Positions 24,943 through 39,676 are shown, counted from the stretch's first letter. The stretch: DNA of 64,000 nt from Eledone cirrhosa (GCA_964016885.1 OZ024754.1:13330001-13394000); one strand, 5' to 3'. Program-made: numbers and translations. The notes: generated from the letters alone by a model not told the origin.

Positions 24943-26676
24943 TCTTTTTCTCACTGTTAATTCCTGGTATTCCTACATATATCTCATTATTCCTTATTTC
25001 TCCCCATCTCTGAAGCACAAGTCTCCTTTTGTTCTCTTTATTCAATATAATTCTTTGAATGTTTTCCTTACTGTTTTCTCTTCTTTTTTTTTCTCTCCAT
25101 CTACATTATTTTCCCTTTCAATTTCTTTCCTCTCATTCCCAGCCCTAAGCAAGGTTTTCGGTATTGCTTCCTCCCAACACTTATCATTACTAGTTTTTCC
25201 CGTTATCAAATCACTGCCTTAAAACGTCCTGTCATTCAATGGAGTCATATAAGGAATAACATTTGCGGCCTTGAAACTGACTTCGGCTATTAAATCTTTG
25301 TCCGTTCTTTCACCCTTTCAAACTTTCTCTCTCGCCTCTTACTCGTTTATACTAAAATGGCCTCTATAGCGTAAACCTTTCTCGCTATTCCAAAGAAAGC
25401 AATAATATAAAATACCAAAAGCAGTTTATGGTTGAGTGCGCAGCAATAGTATGACATACTGAATACATTAAGCTAACTTAATCAAAACGATCCTGTTTAA
25501 TATCAACTGACATTTCTTTATGTAAGCATTCTTCTAAAATTGATTATACTGTCAAACCAGGCGTTATTTAGGATTTCTGGTTCACAAGAGAACAACTCTG
25601 GCTACTAACTTAGTTTCACCACAACTGTATCATCCTTCTAAATCTTCTTTTCCACTCATATTTTCCTTCCAGCCACTAACATTCAGCAATTCAAGCTGAA
25701 ACTGATGCTCAAATTTAACATTATATGAAGTTGTTTTTTTTTCCATTCCACGTCACCTGTCATGGAGAACATTAAAAAAAAAAAGCTATAGGAATTATAA
25801 CTTGCCTTCCGACCAATTTGTAAATTTGAATCAGAAAAGAAACTGATGTGCTTCAGATTTCTGAAGAGGTTTTCTTCTGATTGAAGTGGGTTCAGACATT
25901 TGGAATATTTATTGTGTCTATATCTTATTTCCATTGCGTGCCTGCTCTCTTTTCGTTTGAATATCTCAAATAGAATTCTTGCATATTTCAAGATCGATTA
26001 GGTTAAAATCTTTATGGTAACAAACATACATTTGAAGGTGAATTCTTTTTGGAAACATACACTGCACATAAATACTTACAAAACCGCTTTATTCAGACAA
26101 TATCTAATGAATCCGGTTCAACGAACCTAAAACATTTATCGGCTGCTTACATAATAAGGTGTCAGCTATTAGTAAATTTGCCTATATATTTGGAAGCAGC
26201 TCGTAGATCTATTCAAATAGCGATGTAGCTTGCTACGGACGCCATTTTGTCGAACAAGTTTGTCAGAGCAATAGATAAGACAAATTGCTTTTTCTTTCAT
26301 CTTTAATAACGATTACTACAACACGATATCTTCGAAATTGATGCGTCATCTTTCAAAGAAAAGCGTAATTTACAAAAACTATTGTAAAAAGAAACAAAAA
26401 AGTAAACGCTATATATTTCGTAGCCCAAATACAGTGTAACTTAGCAATATTTAAAATTTAAAATAAGAAAAACAGATAGCATTTTTTTTCATTCATGTTT
26501 ATTTTAGAAGTTGGGAACTATTTAGATAACTATGTGAAAGGAAATGAATTATGTGTGGCAAATTTGAGCTCCAAATTATTGGAAAGGGTTGCGAATATAT
26601 GCATAAAATGAAGGATTTGAGGGGTTCAGAAAAATGAAAAGGTTATGATCTTGCTAAAGATGTTACTGTTGCAAAT

Positions 26677-27492
26677 ATAGCTTCAGATATAGTACTTAGT
26701 ATATAGTCTATCTATAAAACTACGAATTAGTTTCACAAATTACTATAGCTTCAGATATAGTACTTATCTATAGAACTACGAATTAGTTTCACAAATTACT
26801 ATAGCTTCTGATATAGTACTTATCTATAGAACTACGAATTAGTTTCACAAATTACTATAGCTTCAGATATAGTACTTATCTATAGAACTACGAATTAGTT
26901 TCACAAATTACTATAGCTTCTGATATAGTACTTATCTATAGAACTACGAATTAGTTTCACAAATTACTATAGCTTCAGATATAGTACTTATCTATAGAAC
27001 TACGAATTAGTTTCACAAATTACTATAGCTTCTGATATAGTACTTATCTATAGAACTACGAATTAGTTTCACAAATTACTATAGCTTCTGATATAGTACT
27101 TATCTATAGAACTACGAATTAGTTTCACAAATTACTATAGCTTCTGATATAGTACTTATCTATAGAACTACGAATTAGTTTCACAAATTACTATAGCTTC
27201 AGATATAGTACTTATCTATAGAACTACGAATTAGTTTCACAAATTACTATAGCTTCTGATATAGTACTTATCTATAGAACTACGAATTAGTTTCACAAAT
27301 TACTATAGCTTCTGATATAGTACTCGATACATAGTCTTTATCTATAGAACTAAGAATTAGATTCACAAATTTCTATGGTTTCACTTAGAGTAGCTCACTA
27401 TATAGTCACTCTATCTATAGAACTAAGAATTAGATTCACAAATTTCTATGGTTTCGCTTAGAGTAGCTCACTATATAATCACTCTATCTATA
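26677..27492. repeat. 56-bp minisatellite (~11 copies plus diverged longer edge units)
   Basis: Unit TATAGCTTC(A/T)GATATAGTACTTATCTATAGAACTACGAATTAGTTTCACAAATTAC; starts at 26744, 26800, etc. Confidence 0.92.
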
Positions 27493-27812
27493 GGACTACG
27501 AATCAAACACATTTTATCTTGACCTCACAGTCAAACATACATCCATACAATTAGACTGCTGTTGTCTGTTTTATAACTTCATCTCAATTTTATGTCCTAC
27601 AATGTTCTCTATATATATCTATGTTGTCTTTTTATCTAGCATTCCTTTTCTTTTACTCTTTTACTCTTTCAATATCTAGTGATAGTTCCCCCTATCATCC
27701 TCTCTCACTCTCTCTGTGACTCCCCCTCTCTATTTCTCTCTTATTCTGTCTGACTCCCTCTCTTTTTCTCTCTCTCTTTCTCTCTCTCTCTCACTCTCAC
27801 TCTCTCTCTCTG

Positions 27813-27857
<45 letters not shown>

Positions 27858-28026
27858 ATGCATGCGTATATATATATATATATACATATATATATGTAAT
27901 TATATATATATATGATTCCAGTTCCTCGGTGAAATAACAACCCAACCAGGAACTGGGCATATCAGAGTATTGACGAAGTTAAACACCTCAACAACATATG
28001 TACTCGTCTCTACCACATCAATTCGG

Positions 28027-28081
28027 ACTGCCTGAAGAGGTCACAACCAAAGATGGCTGTCACCGAAATGTATATAGCAGT
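28027..28081 (+). ncRNA. Type I hammerhead ribozyme motif within an island 27914-28135 in (TA)n
   Basis: Stem I ACTGC/GCAGT perfect; CTGAAGA 28032-28038; stem II GGT-C-ACA-A-CCA-AAGA-TGG-C-TGT-C-ACC; GAAA 28065-28068; stem III ATGTATAT; AUA site; AATAAA directly after. Confidence 0.8.
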
Positions 28082-28151
28082 AATAAACGAAGCCAAATTT
28101 TAAACATTTGACTTATTTATTTTATTTTATTTTATTATATATATATATATA

Positions 28152-28260
28152 TAACGAAGGAAATGTGGTAAGGAACCAGGTGGACCATAACGCACCAAAG
28201 TACTCAATACTTAGGGTAGTAGAGTGGGTAATAGGATCGAGTAGGGGTCCTATTCGTTCC
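28152..28260 (-). mobile_element. ~110-bp (TA)n-embedded repeat (GGAA...TTCGTTA family)
   Basis: Shares GGTGCGTTATGGTCCAYCTGGTTYCTTACCACA...TTCGTTA with 58226-58348 and 63796-63900. Confidence 0.7.
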
Positions 28261-28379
28261 TATATATATATATATATATATTTTTTTAGGAACGATCGAC
28301 TTTCGTCAAATCGGACCGAGGGAACAATGTTTCCGTTGGTCTTTCCAATTGCTAATACTATCTATCGGTCGCAACTCCA

Positions 28380-28503
28380 GGTAGAAGGAGCAACGTGAAA
28401 TAAAGTGTCTTGCTCAAGGACATAACGCATCGCCTGGTCCAGGAATCGAACTCACAACCTTACGATTGCGAATCCAATTCTCTAACCACTCAGCCACACG
28501 CCT
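28380..28503 (-). mobile_element. tRNA-derived SINE (family B) head
   Basis: Minus strand GTGGCTGAGTGG and GAGTTCGATTCC; core shared with 12570-12846. Confidence 0.7.
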
Positions 28504-28505
28504 TC

Positions 28506-28549
<44 letters not shown>

Positions 28550-29175
28550 TCAGGTTATCAATAATGTAGTGATAATATATCGTTACGTTAGAGATGAACA
28601 GCGTACGTGCAGGTTTGCTCAACGAGTATAAATTATATTCCGGAGAAAATGTAGAAAGGATGAATATAAAATGAAAGTGCTTTTTTTAAAAAGGGATTTA
28701 TTAGGTATTGACATATGTTTCTGTAACAGGCGGAATACCTATGTTTCGCTGCTTGCGTAATCATATAATGTTAGCAAGTATTCGATAGCAAATGTATAAT
28801 CAGTTGTCACTTCTTCAGAGATTTTGGATAAATTGGATAAAATCAGAAAAATTGAAGTATTTATATTAGTAATAGAGGAAGAAACAGAGGGGATAGTATA
28901 TGACAGATGGTAAATTAATTTACTGCTAAACAAGTATATAATGGGTTTCTAATGAGAATACCATGAGTAAATCTAAATAAGAATTTTGGGAGTGCCAATT
29001 TTAATCTCTACTTGACCAACTGGACAGTGGACAGGGCTGGTCATTTGGTGCAGTAGTATTAATTATAAAGTGTCAATTGGGGAAGGGGGAGATTTCGATT
29101 GCTACTAAATAACATCAATGCTAGTAGCCATATATTCTTCACTTTTTCAATTGTATATACATATATATATGTGTG

Positions 29176-29206
<31 letters not shown>

Positions 29207-29628
29207 ATGTATATATATATATTATATATATATATATAATATATATATACACACGCATACACACACACACACACATATATATATATATGCCTGAATGCTC
29301 ACACATCCATAAAAATCCACAAAAGTGTACGTGTATATGTGGTGTGTAAATATTCATCCAGTTCTGTATGCGTACAACTTATATTACTACATAGGAACAC
29401 GTATATGTTTATGTATGTGAGAATGTGAAAAGCATCTTTTTTTTCTTACATATAACGATATGCCTAGTTAAGTATTTCTATATATGTATATATAATTCTA
29501 CAAGATTTAATCAGGACGTCATATACAGCACTGAAATCTTAATATCTTTATCCGTATATATATACACACTCATATATTTAAAAATATAAACATTTTACAG
29601 ACACTCTCTCCTCACAACCAAATACATA

Positions 29629-29667
<39 letters not shown>

Positions 29668-29669
<2 letters not shown>

Positions 29670-30278
29670 GGTGGCTGCCAACTCGTTTTCGAGTACGGCC
29701 ACTACTTTATATCCATGTAGGGGAACCCCTACCAATGCGCTGAACGAGTGTGACTTTTTAGTCCAGCCAGCGACTTGAAAACTCTGGTACAAACACTACA
29801 CTTGTGACAATTATTGACACATAGTGCTGGGCCCATGGTACCATGTGACGACAAGTGCAGAGAGATCTCCAGATATAAAGCAATGCCTGTGCCGTGAAGC
29901 TTTTATAGTGAGCAAAGGCACTGCACAAAGCCAGTCCCACTCTCTTAACCAAGATGATATTTACCAAAAAGAAGAACAATTCAACATCATTGGATACCAT
30001 CAGGGTTGCAGGTGTTATATCAGAGTTTTCCTTCTCCTAGAATTCTGCCTTGACAAAGGCTAAGGGGTCATCTCTCCCGGTGATTTTGGATGGCTATTGA
30101 CTCTTAAGAGCCCCTTTGCCTTTTGACAGGTTTTGTTTTTAGTCCTGCAGGATGTCCAAAGCCACCCTCCTCACCAAGAAACCTTGGTGGGGTTGCCAGT
30201 TTAGTCGCCAACGACCTGACCATGGGGCAGGTTGTACTGGAATACATGTTACCAATAGCACCAACTGGTGACCTGACA
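29668..30278 (-). mobile_element. Bipartite RTE-like non-autonomous element (copy 2)
   Basis: Colinear with 14724-15332. Minus strand encodes CHKCSVCTRVFKSLAGLKSHTRSAH. Confidence 0.7.
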
Positions 30279-30822
30279 CATATATATATATACACACACA
30301 CAAAATTAGCTATGCATGATCGAGTCGACAAATATATAGTGAGTTAGAAACTAACAGCCTGGACATCACGTAGAGCTAATTTTAATGTCCTGTTAACCAG
30401 GCTACTAATTCTAGCGGCATGGAATTTCGAGACAAACTGAGTTCCGAAGACACGTGCCATAATTCTTATCGCACACAATTCAGTCTTCTAATGTTTTTAG
30501 AAGTGGAAGGATCACTAATTTCTCAACAACTACTGAGGAGCAGAGAAAAGTGTGGACTTCACTTAATAAGATGTTGCGAAATAGTTTCCAAAACTGTCTA
30601 GTTGTTACCAGGCGATTGCCCAATATAGGTCTGTTATCTTTCTCACCCTAGCAAATTTGGTCCTTACGATTCGAACACATGTATGTTTATATTAGTGTTC
30701 ATCTCTCTTGTTTATTAATTATATTACACGGCTCGTAAAAGCTTTTTTCTTAGAGCTATTTAATTGTAAGAAACTACTCTGAGTTCCTAACTCACTTTAT
30801 ATATGTATGTATATATATATAT

Positions 30823-31110
30823 ATTGTTATACTTGGGGAGGGTCATATTTGTGTAATAATATTGTCAGAATTAATTACAGAACACACTCACTGTTTGATT
30901 GGTTTTCGCTTCTGTGTCTTTTAAATCGATTAATTTAATTCATTCGGTCCTCAATGTTACCATTGACTGACCAACGGTAAAAAATACAGATATAATATAG
31001 ACACAAACACATATATATAGTCTAACAAAGTTCTTTCGTTGCACATCTGCAACATCGTCAGTGGTGCTATTATGTTTCCTCCTGTTTTATTGTATGCCTA
31101 CGCCATCTTT
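30823..31110 (-). mobile_element. Solo copy of the 18716 hammerhead family in (TA)n
   Basis: Colinear with 18716-19010. Minus-strand CTGACGA-T-GTTGCA-GATG-TGCAAC-GAAA-GAAC-TT at ~31025-31065. Confidence 0.75.
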
Positions 31111-31123
31111 ATTTATATATATA

Positions 31124-31195
<72 letters not shown>

Positions 31196-31315
31196 TAATA
31201 TATATATATATATACATATGCATATATACAGGCATATGCACGTACACACACACACACACGCACATACATACATACATTCATGCACACACACATACATACC
31301 TACATACATACATAC

Positions 31316-31843
31316 ATGATGGTTGCTAACTCTGCCAAGTGTACTGCAATCGCTTGTTAGATTATCGAGTTTGGTGCACTTTTAGGCTATGACCAGTCGC
31401 ACAAACCTGTAACATATCCTGAACAAGCAATGCCTGTGTTTTGAAGGCGTTTTAAGTGGGCAAAGCCGTGCACGCAACCAATCCCACTCTCTGAACATCG
31501 AAAACACTATCCGAAAAAGAGAACTGAACAACATCATCGGATGCTTCCGAAGCCGCAGGTTTATTTTTAGAGTGAGATCTCTTAGAAAGGTGTTGTAACA
31601 ACAACTGGGGGCCTTTCACTCCCAAGTGAAAAAAAAATAAAAAGCACTATTTGGATGGCTGTTGACTCTGCTGAGTTCCTCTGCCCTTCACTGGGTCTTG
31701 CATTTCATCCAGCAGGGTGTCCAAATATCACCCTCCTCACCAAACAAGCTTGGTGAGGCTGCCGGTTTAGTCGCCGACGACCCGACCATGAGCCAGGTTG
31801 TACTGGGTTACATGTTACCAGTAGGTCTCGAGGCGACCTGACA
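31316..31843 (-). mobile_element. Diverged subfamily of the bipartite RTE-like element in (CATA)n
   Basis: Same termini (ATGATGGTTGC... / ...GACCTGACA) and shared blocks AAGCAATGCCTGTG, TTGGATGGCTGTTGACTCT, GTTTAGTCGCC. Confidence 0.65.
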
Positions 31844-31895
31844 TAACACATACATACATACATACATACATACATACATACATACATACATACAT

Positions 31896-32234
31896 CAGAA
31901 AAATAGAGGAGAGGGGGCGGCGTCTACGGACCATTGATGAGGAGTTTACGGATCCAGTATCCAAGATACACCTTTGGCTTCATGCCCATCATTGTTGGAG
32001 CTACGGGTTGTGTACCAACCCGCTTGGACCAAGGTGTGACTGAGCTTGGATTTGCGGATAGAGGGCGCAGCTCCCTGGTTCATGGTCTACGGGTGGCTGC
32101 GATAGCTGGCACCTTCAAAGTTTGCAAAACATTCTTGCGATTCAAGGGATGACAATTTCTTTTCTTTTACAACCTTGCCACCAGGAAGGTGGCCGGTCAA
32201 AAAAAATATACTCGAAATTAAGAGAAAGAGAAAA
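31896..32234 (+). mobile_element. 3' fragment of an RLE-type non-LTR retrotransposon in (CATA)n
   Basis: ORF end PIIVGATG...AAIAGTFKVCKTFL resembles RLE C-termini (compare PIVIGALG in 8520-11912). Flanked by (CATA)n. Confidence 0.6.
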
Positions 32235-32240
32235 CATACA

Positions 32241-32274
<34 letters not shown>

Positions 32275-32773
32275 CATACATAATACATACATACATACAT
32301 ACATACATACATACATACATACATACATACATACATACATACATACATACATACATACATACATACATACATACATACATACATACATACATAGCCTTTC
32401 AGTTTTAAAGGCCATTTGCGATGAGGACGTCCTGATTTGACAAGAATGTGTCACATCTTTGTTGATCACCTGAAATTATATAATTGAAACACAGCTTATA
32501 TTGGAAGTTACATATACAGGTTTATTATTTTCTAAGTGGAGAAGGTGTGGAAGTTAGTGAAAATAATTGCAGCTGTGATATTGTATTGAAACGAACAATA
32601 TACGAAATCTTCCATCTTCCAGACAATCTAATTGCAATTCAGATATTTAAATACGAAAGAAACGTGAACAAAGCGGAAGGTTGTCCATTGACAAATGGAG
32701 TTGCATTTCAATTTTCTTCTCTTTCTTTAATTCCTCCTGACAACAACGCCAATTTAGCCAACCTTTTGTTACT

Positions 32774-33069
32774 GGATTGACAGTATTGGTAGAGGGTCGG
32801 ACGCCCTTTACGGTATGAGTTCAAATCCCGCCGTTGTTAGCTTGGCCTTTCATCCTTACGGGGTCGGGTCGATGAAATAAAGTACCAGTAATACACTGGA
32901 GTAATTGCTGGCCTTGTGTCAAAAGTACAAACTATTATTATTTACAGATTTTTAATGGCAGTGGATTGGCAGTATCAATAGAGCGTCGGACAATATACTT
33001 TGTGGCATAGAGTTACGGCCTTTTACGATCAGAATTCAAATACTGCCGAGGTTGTCTTTGCCTTTCATC
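32774..33069 (+). mobile_element. Two tandem family A SINEs
   Basis: GGATTG(A/G)CAGTAT...GAGTTCAAATCC...CTTTCATC at ~32774 and ~32963. Confidence 0.75.
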
Positions 33070-33286
33070 TAATGTGTGACATATTCTTGTTTGTCTCAAA
33101 TGTATATTAAATTCCTATTTATAGCTTTCACTACCTTGTTTTTCTTTTCTTTGCTCTCCATATATATATATATGTGCGTGTGTGTGTGTGTATGTGTGTG
33201 TGTGGTGTGTGTGTGTGTGTATACATACATACATATATATATATATACTTATTTACATATATATATATGTATGTATATATATATCC

Positions 33287-33351
<65 letters not shown>

Positions 33352-34049
33352 CGCGCGTGTGTGTGTGTGTGTGTGTGTGTGTACGTGTGTGTGCGTGTGT
33401 GTGCGTGTGTGTGTATAGTATATAAATACTTCCCCTGCTCCCATACATACAAGCATACATTATAGGCAATGATATAAAATAGTTATCTACCTATCTAACG
33501 TGGCTAGCATCAAACGGTCTCACCAACTTCCCAGTATTAGATAGTTGTAAATACTTTCAGATTAATGAAAGCATATCATATTATGGTGTTTATAACAAAC
33601 AATTCGGAGAACAAATACTATTTTAGATCAAAACACATATGGCATTTTGATCTCATTCTATCCGATAAATAATTTGACTATATCCTCTTTACAGTACTAA
33701 TAGTGATGCCAAAACTTTGTATGCTTGATTTGATAGTAGAATAGATCCAAACTAAAGATATAAAACGAAAAGCAAACATAAAACTAATTAGTGACATCAT
33801 AAACTTCCACATCAATAACGATATTAACCAAGCTTATCGAAACAAAAAGTAAAAACAAGAAGGAAATAATATAACTATAGTCCAGACAGTATTTGAAAAC
33901 CATTATGCTTCCCTAGACATAGCGTAATATCGAAAATGGCTCCGTTATTTACTAGATATCAATGTTGTAAAGTAAATACACCAGAAGCGGTAAAATCATT
34001 GGCGAAACATTATAACATTCAATTTTATTAAATTTGAAGAAAAGTATGT

Positions 34050-34462
34050 TGGATTGGCAGAATCATTAGAGCGTCGGGCAAAATGCTTTGCAGCATTTAC
34101 ATAAGACCCTTTACGTTCTGAGTTCAAATCCGACCGAGGTCAATTTTGCTTTTCATCCTTCTAGGGGTTGATAAAATAAAGCACCAATCAAGCATGATGT
34201 GATCGATGTAACGACTTTTTCCTAGCCGCAAACTGTTGGCATTATCGGTGGATTGGCAGTATTGGTAGAGGGTCAGACGCCATGCTTTGCAGCACAGAGT
34301 TACGGCCCTTTATGATCTGAGTTCATATCCCGCCGAGGTTAGCTTTGCTTTTCATCCTTACGGGGTCGTTAAAATAAAGTACTAGTCATGCACTGGGATC
34401 GATTTAATCGACTTTCCCCTCCCCCAAAATTGCTGGGCTTGTACCTATATAAGAAATCATTA
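34050..34462 (+). mobile_element. Two tandem family A SINEs
   Basis: Heads GGATTGGCAG at ~34051 and ~34250, each with B box and core. Confidence 0.8.
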
Positions 34463-35789
34463 TACTTAAATTAGAAATCATTCAACTCAAACAAGAGGAA
34501 GCCGTGTGTTTCAGATCAGTGTAGCCAATATAGATGGTGGCCAGTTAGAAATTCTGTAGATTGTTTCTTTTCGGGAGAATAGGAACAGAGAAGGGATTTT
34601 AAACACAGATCCAGTCCAGCAATTACAGAATAGTGAAAAATGTTTAGTGTAGAACATTTGAAATTATTTATAGCTTAGTGGAAGGAGAAAACAGTAGCGC
34701 TATTCGTCCCTTTCAGGACTTCCGGAACTAGTTGGAGGAAGACAGGAAGTTATTCTCGGTCCAATGAACTCACCTGATGCTCGTAAAGTGGGGAAGGGTA
34801 GTTCTATGGTGTGGTTGTTATATAGATATGTTAGATGTTCGTAAAGTGAGGAAGAGTAGTTTTACGGTGGGGTTGTTATATAGATATCATTTTTGTAGCG
34901 GGGGTTGTGACTGACGTATAATAATGAGTCACTGTTGATGCATATACAAATCATATTTGTTTGTGAATAATAAATAGGTTCTTACTCAAACATATGTCTC
35001 CATTAAGAACCTAGCACTTTATGCCTGTCACATTTCAATTATCTCTCCCATATGGATCTATTTTCCTTTTGTTCAAGGAACATGCACTTATTCGTATCGT
35101 TCTCTTATGTTAATAGAAATCGATGCACCTATGTCAATCACATGAAGACAATCCATTATTCATGATTTTGCATCAAACCCTAGGTTTTTCAAAACGCGCA
35201 TAGTCTCTGTATATTTTGAATACCATCTCACAATAAACGCTATCAGTAATACCTATATGTAGCATTTCCAGAACTGTGTGAGCAATTTATCGACTCCAGA
35301 CACTGCATACATTTAAAAATTATGCCTTTGATATTATTTTTAAAGTTATCTCAAACAGCGTGGACACTGTTTGTGTCGCCACAGAATAAATACTAGTTTA
35401 TTTTCATTAAAACACATTTCTAACTCGGTCACACTTAAATATATTTAAATCGACGAATATTCAGTATTCCAATGTGTAACAAACCTGATAGGCTATGTTA
35501 TCTCGCTCATAATACATAACCAATATCTCGTTTTGAATATATTCAGTTTGCTAATGTTTACAGATATGATTTCAGTTCAATAAATGCACACATATGTATA
35601 GTGAGTATAGTCAAATAGATTTTAAACCTGCAACAAAATCATTCCACAAATGAGTCTATTTCCTTTTATTACATCACTCTTATCCTTAGAACAGACATGG
35701 TAATCCCAACTATTAAATTTTCGATTAGGTTTTGTCTAGAAGAATGTGTGGTGCCCATGGCTTTCACATACCTTGCGAGACTAGTGAGA

Positions 35790-36665
35790 TTTAAACTGTT
35801 AAAGTCTCGCTTAAATTGATGAAAGTCGACAAATGCAGGTAAGGCGTGTGCTAGAGAGAATTTCATTGTGGCAGGAGTTTGGGGGAGAAAAGAGTAGTCT
35901 GTGAGCGAACTGGGTGGGTGAGATGAGAGAAGAACGAGTCGAGGGTATCTGACTGAATCTGGCACGAAATCTCCCCGCTCCGACAAACATAGGCCGTTGT
36001 AATGATGGTAAGAAAAGCAGAGAGAGAAGCACGGCAAGGGACAGGGAGGGGAAGGTCCAGTAGGTTTTTTTTTTATGTATTCCTCAATCAACCGAAATAC
36101 TTTTTTTCTGAGTGCGGTCTAAAGTGTCTAAATATCTGTGTATAGCACCAGAAGTGTTCCATAGGTGAGAACAGTACTCCATTAAAACTATACAGATGTT
36201 TCAAGGAGAAATATTTTCAAACCTTGAAGAGCAAAACCAGTCGTTGAAATACAGTTTTTGCTATATTAAGGATATACGTTCGGTAGAGGACATTCTAAAT
36301 ATTAGTGAGTCTTTACATTTGAAATGAACAGGAGGGTTCTAGATGTGTTCTGTAAATGTTTAGTAAGGGGGTAAGATGCAATAATGTTATTTGTGATATG
36401 TGCAATCGTTGTGAGTGTTTTTTTAAGCTGAAGGAGACAAAACTGGCATGACCTCATTGGATGATGTCTTCAATACTTCTGTTCTCTGAACCAGTACAGA
36501 ATCGGTGTGAGGTGTCTTGTTTGAATATAGATGAAGCATGGGTGCGCAAGATTAGGATGGAACGGAGGGTAATATGATCTGTGCAAGAGACAATGTTGCT
36601 AGAGATGACGAATATATCGTTGATATATAGAAAGAAGACTAACCATGTTATCAACACAACCAAGT
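35790..36665 (-). pseudogene. Degraded CR1/Jockey-group LINE RT C-terminal region
   Basis: Minus-strand remnants FFLYINDI...SCTDHITL (YADD region), MEYCSHLW, and FSYHHYNGLCLSE. Confidence 0.6.
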
Positions 36666-37184
36666 ATCCATTAAGTAGGAATAGTCCAACGCAGAATGGA
36701 ACTATTTGTTATTGAACTTGCAACAAATTCTCCACATACACTCCATGTTATGTCACCTGACCATTATATAAAATTCTGATGATAATGCAATTTTAGTAAG
36801 TTATATCTAATAGCATGAAATACAGCTATGCAGTATTTCTATCTGATCTCACAATCTACGTTCATTGGAATACAACTTTCTCTCAAGAGATTCTTTTATC
36901 TGTTTTTATGACTAATGATTTCCTAATATGTATATTTTTTCTCGGCTCAAAACAAGCTACATCAGATATAAACAAAATACGGAAAAACAGAATATTAACT
37001 AAGGAGATTTAAAATAACAGTAGAAAATAAAGCGTATGGTAATCAATACAAAACCGAGTTAAGATGCTGTAAGATTATTTTTCTCTATTTTTAACTGGTT
37101 ATTAGTCTTAAGAGGAAATGCAGTATTTATAATTTTAAGGCTATGTAGACCAACATGTTGTTGTTGTTGCTGTTGTTGTTGTTG

Positions 37185-37255
<71 letters not shown>

Positions 37256-37360
37256 TTGTTGTTGTTTATCCCCCGGACGACTCCAATCAAGCAGATTCAT
37301 GATCAAAGTTATTTTAATCATAACGATCCGGACTTCATTCTAACGAAAACCGTGGATACA

Positions 37361-37530
37361 ACATGGTCGAATGGTTAAAAAGTACGCTTCGCAACCATTA
37401 GGTCCCGAGTTCGATCCCACAGCTTGGTATCTAGGGCAAGTATAAGTTATCCTTACCTTAGATCGATCCATGCCCTGTGAGTGAAATTGGGTAGACGGAA
37501 ATTACTTGGATCCGGTCAGAGGGACTCTAG
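37361..37530 (+). mobile_element. Degenerate tRNA-derived SINE
   Basis: TGGTCGAATGG (A box) and GAGTTCGATCCC (B box). Confidence 0.6.
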
Positions 37531-38578
37531 CTGTAATTAAAATGGGAATCCATGTTACACAGTTTGTCATGCTGAATCTCCCAGAGAATTCTGTCTTGAA
37601 TAATCGTCCTCACCCCCTGCTTATTAATTTATCAGATTTTTTCCACCACCCCACCGGTTTTTATTCCCTACCCGCTTATTAAATTTTGCTAATATATGTC
37701 CGGCGAAATTTTATTGTATGTGTTTTATATTGACACAGCAGCTGGAGAATCTAATTATAATTTTATTTTACATTAAAAAGAAAACATTATATATCATAAA
37801 ATAACATTACAAGAAATCCCATATTTACGAACGTACACTATACAATTACTGATTTTCCAAGCCCCTTCCCCAATTATTGCCAACCGTCCTGTTATTTAGG
37901 GCCTGAGAGTGCCACCAAACTCTCCTCTTCTCTATGTCTATCTCACAAAACTCTTTTTTAATCTCCCTCTCTGTATTTACTAAAACCAAACTCTACCCCC
38001 TCTATATCTACCACGCCACCACCTCTTTTATCCCACTCACTATATCTATGACTAATACACTCTCTCACTCTCTATAAATATCTGCACTTATACACTTATC
38101 TCTCCCAATCCCCCTCTGTATATCAATCACCCTAAACTCTCACCCTCTGTATATCAAACACCCTAAACTCTCACCCTCTCTATATCTACTACACGGAACT
38201 CTCTTCCAATCCCCCTCTCTATATCAATTAACCCCCAAACTCTCACCCTCTCTATATCTACTACACGGAACTCTCTTCCAATACCCCTCTCTACATCAAT
38301 AAATATCAATCACTCCCCCTCTCTATATCTAATATACAACACACTCCCCCAACGCCTCTCACTATATCAATTACCACTTGATATAGACGTGAATTACTTC
38401 GCTCCGGAATTTTACGGATTATTGACAAAAAAACTGTGAGTTCATTGCTCAATTTAATAGCATTGTTTAGTTTAACCCCTTGCCTGGGCCTTCAGACGTA
38501 GAGTCAACTAATTTTCGCCCCTTTCTGGGGCGAAATTTTCATTTTCATCTCAAAACTGTGTAGACTTGGTAGTCAGCA

Positions 38579-39642
38579 ATGAATGCCATTTCCACCTCGC
38601 ACACTGTCGTGAGTGCCACGCCCTCTAAGAAAAGTGGTGGAGGGAAGGTAAGAGTACAAAGCTTGCAGCCTTCTCCACTCGCATTATCGAAAAACGTTGA
38701 AAATATTGAAACCACGAAACCAAACCCGGTAAATAATACCAGCACCAACAACAAGAACAATGACAATAACACCACAACCAACAACTGCAACAATAGCAAC
38801 ACCAAGGAAAACATAAACAATATTACCAACAGTGACAACAACAGCAGCAACAAAAAAGACAACAACACCAAAACAACATTCGCACAGACTGTAAAAAAAA
38901 CGAACTATACACGCCAATTGACATAACAAATGCTAAACAACTACTACGAGACGCAAAACAATTCGTGACTTTTGGCGAAAACGGTGCTTTTAGCATCAAT
39001 TCTCCACGGGAATTACGTAGAGAGGCTGTCCTGAAAACCACAGTTTTCCGGACAATATCGAACGAAACAAGAAAACCAGCTCAATTACCACAAAATGAAA
39101 TTGAGCTGGTTCTAAAAGATGCAATGAAGGACATAACCTTCATACAAAAAGGTAAACTGTTTGGTAGCATTTCGGTGCTAATGAACAACCAGTCAACAGC
39201 ACAAAAATACTCGGTATCACCCATTGTGTCCCCCCGCTTCACCTTTTTCCCCACATACAGGGGGAAAAGGACACAAAGAATAAAAATAATGAGTATCACA
39301 CCAAATGTAAATATTTGGTGGATACTATGTGGAATCATTGACTTTGATGAAGACAAGATAATTTCAATAGGAAAGTCCTCCGGAGGTGTATTTGGTGGGA
39401 CAAGCGTAGAAGTTCTGGTGCAAATGAGTCCAGAACGAATAGCGAATATCCCACAACGCGTGCCTCTGGACGGGCTAACTTATATAAACATTTCAGTGGA
39501 GGGAAGGCGGCCGTCATGTTACCACTGCTTAAGCAAGGGTCACCTGAGGGCTGCCTGTCCTCAATTAACGAGTAAAAAAAAAAAAGGCTCTTCTGCCAAC
39601 CCCGAACACAACAACACAACCACCACCACCACCATCACCACC

Positions 39643-39676
<34 letters not shown>

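Noticed and set aside
23684-25045. 453-aa His/Thr-rich ORF
   Set aside because: Translation of a GT-rich minisatellite.
25000-26650. Host gene exons in unique-looking sequence
   Set aside because: No recognisable protein motif; short exons cannot be excluded without RNA-seq.
37590-37910. Possible old DNA-transposon MITE
   Set aside because: Terminal inverted repeats too degenerate to define.
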